32,000 nt of DNA from NCBI RefSeq assembly GCF_000092105.1, contig NC_014148.1:3480001-3512000 (forward strand). Direction: 5' to 3'. Source of the DNA: Planctopirus limnophila DSM 3776. GTDB taxonomy: Bacteria > Planctomycetota > Planctomycetia > Planctomycetales > Planctomycetaceae. The notes beneath the pieces were generated by a model. The model was given only the letters and a program-made list of their open reading frames with translations. It was not told the origin of the DNA and searched no databases. The translations under genes and the position numbers were made by a program. Positions 18,446 through 25,337 of the stretch are shown here, one piece after another; position 1 is the stretch's first letter; every line of letters begins with the position of its first letter.

Positions 18446-18742
18446 TCAGTGCTGGTGATCTGGCGTAACGGGCGAGAGTTTGACGAAGACAGGCGGGTTT
18501 TCAGCCTGATGGAATCTGCGGGACGGCGTGTGACTATTTCCGCACCCGAAATTGCTGAGAAGAGGCAATTCAGCCGCAGAATTAGAGCCAGAGGAACTCG
18601 GATTTGCATGCGAACAACCGCGGCAGGAACCGCAACCCCCAGACTTTTTCCCATGGCGAGACGCCAGGGAGCGATAACTCAGCCAAGCCAGTTGAGTGGC
18701 GGCAACAACGACAATCGCCACAACGATGAACGTTTCCCACAT
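18446..18742 (-). CDS. FeoB-associated Cys-rich membrane protein (98 aa, longer than I expect for this family)
   Basis: MWETFIVVAIVVVAATQLAWLSYRSLASRHGKKSGGCGSCRGCS has one N-terminal TM helix, a basic stretch and a G/C-rich CxxCxxC motif. That is the signature of the small FeoB-associated family as I recall it. It neighbours feoAAB and has a terminator-like hairpin downstream. Confidence 0.6.
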   Translation of the reverse strand: MWETFIVVAIVVVAATQLAWLSYRSLASRHGKKSGGCGSCRGCSHANPSSSGSNSAAELPLLSNFGCGNSHTPSRRFHQAENPPVFVKLSPVTPDHQH

Positions 18743-18805
18743 TTGCCATGACTTCTGATCAAGGAGACTACCCACAGAGACATTACCAGTTTATCATACC
18801 AAGTG

Positions 18806-18824
18806 ATTGAGACTGAGTCTCAAT
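18806..18824. promoter_or_regulatory. perfect 19-bp palindrome ATTGAGACTGAGTCTCAAT, candidate metalloregulator operator
   Basis: The 9-bp arms attgagact and agtctcaat flank a central g with no mismatch. It lies 38 bp upstream of the feoA GTG and 64 bp upstream of the divergent Cys-rich gene start. It overlaps an AATAAT -10-like hexamer (18822-18827). The palindrome is certain. The operator role is inference. Confidence 0.45.
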
Positions 18825-18861
18825 AATTCTTTCGCGGAGTCTCTGCCTGGGGGATATCCTT

Positions 18862-19095
18862 GTGAGTTACACCATACCTCTGGATTGCCTCAAAGCTGGA
18901 GAATCAGCACAAGTTGTTGATATCGATGGAGATACAACACTTCTCACCAGACTGCAGGAAATCGGACTGAATGTGGGCAGTCAGGTACGAATGGTTCTGC
19001 CCGGATCACCTTGTATTATTTCTCTGGCGGGAAATCAGTTCTCATTGAGGACGGATGATCTCGCAACTGTGCTTGTTGAACCCTCCCCCACCTGA
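18862..19095 (+). CDS. feoA: ferrous iron transport protein A (FeoA family), copy 1
   Basis: 77 aa. LKAGESAQVVDIDGDTTLLTRLQEIGLNVGSQVRMV...GNQFSLRTDDLATVLV matches the FeoA SH3-like pattern. The start is GTG, with GGGGGA upstream. Confidence 0.85.
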   Translation: MSYTIPLDCLKAGESAQVVDIDGDTTLLTRLQEIGLNVGSQVRMVLPGSPCIISLAGNQFSLRTDDLATVLVEPSPT

Positions 19096-19168
19096 TGAGT
19101 TGCCTGCCATCACCCACCACTGAGTTATTGCCTCGACAACGATCATCCACTATTCAAAGTCTTCAAAA

Positions 19169-19399
19169 ATGACCGCAACACTCGAATCACTTCAGACGGG
19201 ACAGCATGCCCGAGTGCAGGATGTCCAGGGTGATGACTCGCTCGCCTTGCGAATCATGGAAATGGGGCTTTTACCTGGCGCTGAGATTGAATTCATTGGG
19301 AGAGCGCCTCTGGGCGACCCGCTCGAAATCCGCGTGGCGGGTTACCATCTCTCGTTAAGAAAGGCAGAAGCTCACCGCGTTGTGATCGAGATGATTTGA
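19169..19399 (+). CDS. feoA: ferrous iron transport protein A (FeoA family), copy 2
   Basis: 76 aa. LQTGQHARVQDVQGDDSLALRIMEMGLLPGAEIEFIGRAPLGDPLEIRVAGYHLSLRKAEAHRVVI is a canonical FeoA pattern. Confidence 0.88.
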   Translation: MTATLESLQTGQHARVQDVQGDDSLALRIMEMGLLPGAEIEFIGRAPLGDPLEIRVAGYHLSLRKAEAHRVVIEMI

Positions 19400-19483
19400 A
19401 CCTGTTTTATTGACCGGTGAGAACGACGCAAGTGGCCGTTCTCGCAATGAAACACATTGCCCTTTCGGGAAAGTGGCCCCTGC

Positions 19484-21826
19484 ATGTCGTTGGCAGTTGA
19501 TCGAGTGCCGCATCTGGCAGTTGTCGGAAACCCGAACACGGGCAAAAGCACGCTGTTTTCGGCATTGACTGGCATTTTCACGCGCACGGGGAACTTTCCC
19601 GGGGTGACTGTCGAGATGAAGCTGGGACGATTGAAAACCAGCACCCGGGAAGCCGTGCTGGTGGACTTGCCGGGAACTTATAGCCTGGCAGCACGTTCGG
19701 CCGATGAACGAGTCACTGTCGATGTGCTATTGGGATTACGACCAGAGATCGGATCACTCGCAGGGGCCTTATGTATTGTCGATGGAACGAACCTCGAGCG
19801 AAATCTGTATCTATTTTCTCAAGTGCGCGACCTCGGCCTGCCCGTCCTGCTGATTGTCAATATGATTGACCGTGCAGAAAAAGCGGGAATTGCGATCACT
19901 GAGCCAGAGCTTTCGCAAAGGCTGGGTGTGCCCGTCGTCTTCTGCAATGCTCATGATCAATCGAGCGTCGCTCTCGTTCAGAAATCAATCTTCGACTTCA
20001 TCGAGCAGAATCCACCAGCAGCCCATGGCACTGATCTCGCTGCTCAACAAGCTTCAAACTCCGATTTTCCCCCAGCTTTCGAAACTGCAGTCAACGAGTT
20101 GCAGGGATTGCTCTCGGCCCATGGCCGAAAAATGCCGAGGCCACTGGTCAGTCGTCTGTTGATCGACATCGAGGGGCAGATCGAGCAGGCCGAAGTCCAA
20201 CTGTGGCCAGAACTCTCAAACCATCTCCAGCGACTTCGCGAACAGGTAAGTGCAGCCGGCTATCGCATAAGCGGGATCGAGCCGCGAGTGCGCTACGCCT
20301 CGATTCGTAAGGCCGTCGCCGGGTTGGAAATCAGGCCTGTCCGGCAGGCTGGCCAGTTCAGTGAGAAGCTGGATGGCTGGCTGACACACAGTGTCTTTGG
20401 ACTGCTGATTTTCATCTTCATGATGTTTGTGGTCTTCCAGTTGTTATACCGCGGTGCCGAGCCCGTGATGTTACTGATGGAGACTGCATTTGGCAGCCTG
20501 CAGGATCTGGTAGGTGCCATGATGCCCCGTGGGCCACTGCGCAGCCTCGTGACGCAAGGAATCATTGCCGGTGTGGGGGGAGTGCTCGTCTTTCTGCCTC
20601 AGATTGTGCTGCTGTTTCTGTTTTTGGCCATTCTCGAAGATTGCGGCTACATGGCACGAGCCGCCTTTTTGATGGATCGGCTGATGACTAAGGTCGGTCT
20701 TTCGGGAAAGTCATTCGTACCGCTGATGTCTTCGTTTGCCTGTGCCATTCCGGGAGTCATGGCCACGCGTGTGATCGAAAATCGCAAAGATCGAATGGTG
20801 ACCATTCTCGTGGCACCACTCATGAGTTGCTCGGCTCGATTGCCGGTCTATAGCCTGCTGATTGGGGCCTTCATTCCGGGAGTGAGTTTTCTGGGGGGCT
20901 GGGTCGATCTGCGCTCGCTGGTCCTGCTGGCGTTTCTTTCCCTGGGAGCGATTGTCGCCATTCCGGTGGCGTGGATTTTGAAAAAGACCATCTTCCCCGG
21001 AGAAACGCCACCGTTTGTGATGGAACTCCCACCCTATAAGTGGCCCTCCATCAAGACCGTCTTTCAACGTGTGTACGATCGCGCTGCGGCCTTCGTGGTG
21101 AGAGCGGGAACATTGATCCTGCTGACCTCCATTGTCATCTGGGGGTTAGGTTACTTCCCCGGAGATCATTCGCGTGAAAATGCGATTCTGGCAGAGATGG
21201 AAGAAACCCGGCAGATCTTTGAAGATCCTCTCCAGCGACGAGAAAATCTACAGCAGCAGTTGGCAGGATCTGATGATGCTCCGCCCCCTTCTCCGGTGGA
21301 GAGTGCATCCTTAGAAAATGAATTGAATTCTTTGAATCAACAGCTCAAAGAATACGACAAGTTAATCGAGAAGTTGGAGGGGGAACTGATTGCCACACAA
21401 GGGCAACTGCAGGAGAACAGCTTTCTCGGGATAGCGGGCCATTCGATCGAGCCGATCGTGCGTCCATTAGGATGGGACTGGAGGATTGGTGTGGGAGTGC
21501 TCGCCTCATTCCCGGCTCGTGAAGTGATCATCGCCACGTTAGGTGTGATTTATAATCTCGGCGAAGGGATGGAAGCGGAATCGCCCCAATTGCGCGATGC
21601 ACTCATCAACTCCAGAAATCCAGATGGCAGCCCCGTCTTCACGATTCCGGTGGCTCTGTCGATTATGGTCTTTTTCGCCCTTTGCGCTCAGTGCATGGCC
21701 ACATTGGTCGTCGTGGCGCAGGAATCGGGAAGCTGGAAGTGGGCGGTCTTCACGTTCGTCTACATGACCGCCCTCGCATATGTCGGAGCGCTGATCACAT
21801 TTCAGGTGGCCTCACTCTGGTGGTAA
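19484..21826 (+). CDS. feoB: ferrous iron transporter B
   Basis: The G-domain P-loop is LAVVGNPNTGKSTLFSALTG, with DLPGTYSL and NMID also present. A polytopic membrane domain follows, with FPAREVIIATLGVIY gate-like motifs. The preferred start is ATG 19484 (MSLAVDR). The track ORF starts at TTG 19457. Confidence 0.96.
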   Translation: MSLAVDRVPHLAVVGNPNTGKSTLFSALTGIFTRTGNFPGVTVEMKLGRLKTSTREAVLVDLPGTYSLAARSADERVTVDVLLGLRPEIGSLAGALCIVDGTNLERNLYLFSQVRDLGLPVLLIVNMIDRAEKAGIAITEPELSQRLGVPVVFCNAHDQSSVALVQKSIFDFIEQNPPAAHGTDLAAQQASNSDFPPAFETAVNELQGLLSAHGRKMPRPLVSRLLIDIEGQIEQAEVQLWPELSNHLQRLREQVSAAGYRISGIEPRVRYASIRKAVAGLEIRPVRQAGQFSEKLDGWLTHSVFGLLIFIFMMFVVFQLLYRGAEPVMLLMETAFGSLQDLVGAMMPRGPLRSLVTQGIIAGVGGVLVFLPQIVLLFLFLAILEDCGYMARAAFLMDRLMTKVGLSGKSFVPLMSSFACAIPGVMATRVIENRKDRMVTILVAPLMSCSARLPVYSLLIGAFIPGVSFLGGWVDLRSLVLLAFLSLGAIVAIPVAWILKKTIFPGETPPFVMELPPYKWPSIKTVFQRVYDRAAAFVVRAGTLILLTSIVIWGLGYFPGDHSRENAILAEMEETRQIFEDPLQRRENLQQQLAGSDDAPPPSPVESASLENELNSLNQQLKEYDKLIEKLEGELIATQGQLQENSFLGIAGHSIEPIVRPLGWDWRIGVGVLASFPAREVIIATLGVIYNLGEGMEAESPQLRDALINSRNPDGSPVFTIPVALSIMVFFALCAQCMATLVVVAQESGSWKWAVFTFVYMTALAYVGALITFQVASLWW

Positions 21827-21857
21827 GACGGCCTTCGAAGCACGTCGATTTCTCTTT
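21827..21857 (+). terminator. weak hairpin plus T-rich tail immediately after feoB
   Basis: gacg (21827-30) pairs with cgtc (21843-46), with partial inner pairing around cttcgaag. gatttctcttt follows. The stem is weak. Confidence 0.2.
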
Positions 21858-21940
21858 GAATTACATCACTAGTTGTACTCTCAGATCGCAAGACTTCCTC
21901 GGTGAACCCAATACCGTTTTCTGCCCTCTCCAAAATCTAT

Positions 21941-21956
21941 TGGCACACCGGGTGCT
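21941..21956 (+). promoter_or_regulatory. sigma-54-like -24/-12 element TGGCACaccggGTGCT
   Basis: GG and GC are spaced exactly as in the consensus TGGCAC-N5-TTGC(A/T), with one mismatch (G for the first T). It is intergenic, oriented toward ppc, and about 245-310 nt upstream of the candidate starts. It could be chance. Confidence 0.25.
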
Positions 21957-22263
21957 TACAGGGTGTTGAAGCGTGTATGCTTTTGCCAACCACTGATGGA
22001 CAGAGGCTTGCCAACAGAATATGCGCAACTTATGGGCAAATCGCTTATTTTATGATCACAGGCATTCGAGGCACGGCCTTTCTGGATGTGTGAAAGCTTG
22101 AGGTCGCGAGAATTTATCCAGTGAAACGAGTGAATTCTCCTATGAAATCAGCAACAACAGCCCCAGAATCTGGCAGAATTGCATCGAGTGAAGTTTCCCC
22201 GTGAATCCGTTATTGATGGGCAGCAATCAGGTCACACGTAGCGATCCAGAGACAGGCAACGAT

Positions 22264-25011
22264 ATGAGTGCAAAGCCGATTTTAAGTAGTGATGTCGAGA
22301 CGCTGACTTCACTTCTGGGTGGTGCAATTGTCGAGCAGGCCGGGAGTGACCTGGCTGCCTTACTCATGCGCATTCGGCAACTCTCACGGGAAAGACGAGT
22401 CGGTTTACCAGGTGCCGCCGAACGTCTGGTCGAATTACTGGCGGGTTTGAATGAAGATCAGCTCGACCTCCTCACCAAATCACTCAGCATTTACTTTGAT
22501 CTAGCCAATGTGGCGGAAGATCTGCAGCGTATTCGCGTAATTCGGCAAAGGGAGCGGCAATCAGAAGGTTCCGTGCGGAAGGAATCGCTGGGCGATGCGA
22601 TTGCTCAACTCAAAAAGCAGGGAGCGACGGCCGAAGCTGTGCAGCATCTGCTTGATAAATTGCACATCGGCCTGGTCTTCACAGCTCACCCGACGGAAGC
22701 CAAGCGGCGAACGACCCGGCGTATTCTCCGCCAGTTGCGTTCAGACTTAACAACTGCCCATCAGGGAGATTTGTTGCCTCGCGAAAGCGGAGTCCTTCAG
22801 GAACGAATTCGCGGTTCACTCACGCTGTTATGGCAAATCGACCCCATGCGTCCGCAGCCACCGACTGTGATGCAGGAAGTCGAGAGAGGTCTCTTCTTCT
22901 TCGATGGTTTGTGGGACATTGTACCACTGATCTTCCAGGACTTGCGGAGTGCCCTCGCCGAACATTACCCGGGATTCAAATTCCATGTGCCGCCATTTTT
23001 GAAGTTCGGCTCCTGGATTGGTGGAGATCGAGACGGAAATCCGTTTGTGACTGCCCAGGTCACCAGCGACACCCTGCGATTGCTCGAAACCACTGCCATC
23101 GAGCGGCATCTGAAAACCACGCGCGAACTCGCGGACCTGCTGGTCGTTTCCGATCGCGGCATGCAGCCGGATGATCCAGTCTATGCAGCCTTGCAGAAGA
23201 CGTTTGGCGCTCATCCCGAACTCGATCAACTGGTCGGAGATGCTCCTGAGGCTGAACCTTATCGGCGCTGGATCAAGGTGATTGAACTCAAGCTTCGCAA
23301 ACGCATTGAGCCTGCGCTGGCCTCGCCTTTGAAGGCCTATCAGACAGCAGCCGAACTGGAAGCCGATGCCCGCTTGATCGAAGAGAGCCTGCTGAGGCGA
23401 AAAGGGGATCGAATTCATGCCTCATTCCTGGCAGCGTGGCTCGATCAGATTCGCACCTTCGGACTGCAAGTTTCGGCTCTGGATGTCCGGCAGGATTCCC
23501 GCGTGCATGTGGATGTGCTGCAGGAAGTTTTTGCTCGTGCCGGGATTTATGCCGAGTATGCCAAAGCCGACGAAAAAACCCGCCAGAAAATTCTGACGAC
23601 GCCGCATGATCTGGGAATGAATGTTCTTGAGGGCGAGCTATCTGATATGGCGCGAGAGACCTTCTCGCTCTACAAGCTGATGGCTGAGACCGTGCGTGCC
23701 GGTGGTATTGAGCGATTCGGTGGTCACATTGTCAGCATGACGCACTATGCCAGCGATATCCTGGTGATTCTGTGGTTCTGGAAGTGGGCCTGGAAAGTAA
23801 CCGCCGGTGAATCCAAGGCTGAATTGCCGCATCTGCCATTGATGCCACTGCTGGAAACAATCGACGATCTTCGCCAGGGGCCGGCAATTCTCACCGATCT
23901 GCTTTCCGTTCCTGATTATCTGGCCTACCTCAAGAAAGATCAGGGAGCACAGCCACTCCAGAACGTGATGGTGGGCTATTCCGACAGCACAAAGGATGGC
24001 GGATATCTGGCGGCTTCGTGGGGCTTGTATCGTGCTCAGGAGCAGCTTTCGGATGTGTTGGCCAGCCAGGGTGTGAGACTGCGAGTCTTCCATGGTCGAG
24101 GCGGTGCACTAGGCCGTGGCGGCGGACCGGCAGCCAGGGCCATTCTTTCGCTGCCACCCAAATCAGTCGATGGCAGCCTGCGTGTCACCGAACAGGGAGA
24201 AGTCCTCGCTGAGCGATATGACGAACCACAGATTGCGTTCCGCCACTTGGAACAGGTGACATGGGCCACGCTGCTGGTGAGCAGCACACAAGAAGGGCAT
24301 TGGCCGGAAGACTGGTTTACTCATCTCGACGAGTTGGCTCAGCAATCTTATCTGCATTACCGCAAGCTGGTGGATGACCCTGGATTTTTGATGTATTTTG
24401 ACCGGGCGACGCCGATATCAGAAATCGAACGCTTACCTATTGGTTCGCGACCTGCAAGGCGACGCGAACGGAAGAGTCTCTCGGATCTCCGGGCGATCCC
24501 CTGGACATTTGCCTGGACGCAGAGTCGGCACATGATTCCCGCCTGGTTCGGTCTAGGGAAAGCACTGCATGATGCCGTCGCCCGCAACAATGAAGACTGG
24601 TCACGTTATCAGGAAATGTATCGGACATGGCCGATCTTCCAGGCGATTATCGATAACGCGACGCTGGCACTCATGAAGGCCGACTTGCAGATTGCCAACC
24701 GCTATGCCGACCTGGTCGAAGATCGGGAAGTCGCCAAGCGATTGTGGTCCATGATCCATGAAGAGTACGACCGCAGCCGGGCATCGGTGCTGATGATCAC
24801 CGGCGAATCATCGCTGCTCTCGAATACACCCTGGCTGCAGACCTCAATTCAGGAGCGGAATCCTTACGTCGATCCTTTGAATCTGATTCAGGTTGAGCTT
24901 TTGAAGCGAGCCCGTGAAGGAAGCATTGAAGCCGATCGTGCAGCGAGGTTGCAACACTCAGTGCGACTGACCATTCAAGGAGTGGCCGCTGGTTTGAGAA
25001 CAACGGGTTGA
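22264..25011 (+). CDS. ppc: phosphoenolpyruvate carboxylase
   Basis: Hallmark motifs are VFTAHPTEAKRRT, GYSDSTKDGGYLAASW, FHGRGGALGRGGGP and the C-terminal IQGVAAGLRTTG. The start ATG 22264 (MSAKPILSSDVETLTSLLG) fits the usual N-terminus. The track ORF starts at GTG 22201. Confidence 0.96.
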   Translation: MSAKPILSSDVETLTSLLGGAIVEQAGSDLAALLMRIRQLSRERRVGLPGAAERLVELLAGLNEDQLDLLTKSLSIYFDLANVAEDLQRIRVIRQRERQSEGSVRKESLGDAIAQLKKQGATAEAVQHLLDKLHIGLVFTAHPTEAKRRTTRRILRQLRSDLTTAHQGDLLPRESGVLQERIRGSLTLLWQIDPMRPQPPTVMQEVERGLFFFDGLWDIVPLIFQDLRSALAEHYPGFKFHVPPFLKFGSWIGGDRDGNPFVTAQVTSDTLRLLETTAIERHLKTTRELADLLVVSDRGMQPDDPVYAALQKTFGAHPELDQLVGDAPEAEPYRRWIKVIELKLRKRIEPALASPLKAYQTAAELEADARLIEESLLRRKGDRIHASFLAAWLDQIRTFGLQVSALDVRQDSRVHVDVLQEVFARAGIYAEYAKADEKTRQKILTTPHDLGMNVLEGELSDMARETFSLYKLMAETVRAGGIERFGGHIVSMTHYASDILVILWFWKWAWKVTAGESKAELPHLPLMPLLETIDDLRQGPAILTDLLSVPDYLAYLKKDQGAQPLQNVMVGYSDSTKDGGYLAASWGLYRAQEQLSDVLASQGVRLRVFHGRGGALGRGGGPAARAILSLPPKSVDGSLRVTEQGEVLAERYDEPQIAFRHLEQVTWATLLVSSTQEGHWPEDWFTHLDELAQQSYLHYRKLVDDPGFLMYFDRATPISEIERLPIGSRPARRRERKSLSDLRAIPWTFAWTQSRHMIPAWFGLGKALHDAVARNNEDWSRYQEMYRTWPIFQAIIDNATLALMKADLQIANRYADLVEDREVAKRLWSMIHEEYDRSRASVLMITGESSLLSNTPWLQTSIQERNPYVDPLNLIQVELLKRAREGSIEADRAARLQHSVRLTIQGVAAGLRTTG

Positions 25012-25098
25012 TGGGAGCGGAGAGGGGAGAAAGCAGATAAGCGACAAGGCCAGGGAGGTAGGAAGGATAGAAGGGGAAAAGGAGAGAACTCAGAAAAG
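25012..25098 (+). repeat. polypurine (GA-rich) tract directly after the ppc stop
   Basis: By my count there are only 12 pyrimidines among 87 nt (gggagcggagaggggagaaagcagataagcgacaaggccagggaggtaggaaggatagaaggggaaaaggagagaactcagaaaagg). It is low complexity rather than an exact repeat. Confidence 0.8.
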
Positions 25099-25337
25099 GC
25101 AATTGACACTCGCCGGGTACTCCGGGAGAGGGTGGCCAACAGGTCGAGTGAGGGGCTTCCTGATAAATGAGTTATGCCGAGCAAGATCCCGACAAGCTGG
25201 AAAGTGACCGATCCAGCACCTCACCCCAATTCACTCCGATCGATATGAGTAGAGGCAGTCACACTGATCTTCCTACCCTCAACTCCCCCACAACGACTCA
25301 CAACCCATAACGAAACATCCCGGGAAAGGAACTCCCC

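Noticed and set aside
18437-18751. 104-aa plus-strand ORF mirroring the Cys-rich protein gene
   Set aside because: It is in the same phase as the minus ORF, so one is the shadow of the other. The minus product has the TM-plus-CxxCxxC signature, a feo neighbourhood and a downstream hairpin plus U5. The plus product is Arg-rich with no motif.
22828-23418. 196-aa minus-strand ORF antisense to ppc
   Set aside because: Same-phase shadow ORF (both 1 mod 3). ppc hallmark motifs fix the coding strand.
24797-25102. 101-aa minus ORF across the ppc 3' end and the polypurine tract. The same applies to 24975-25184.
   Set aside because: This is an artefact of translating a pyrimidine-rich complement (the product is L/S/P/F-rich). 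It overlaps the ppc coding sequence.
25056-25276. 9-nt complementarity between the purine tract (ggtaggaag, 25056-25064) and the glgX leader (cttcctacc, 25268-25276)
   Set aside because: Short matches between a GA-rich block and a CT-rich block are expected from composition alone. There is no extended helix.
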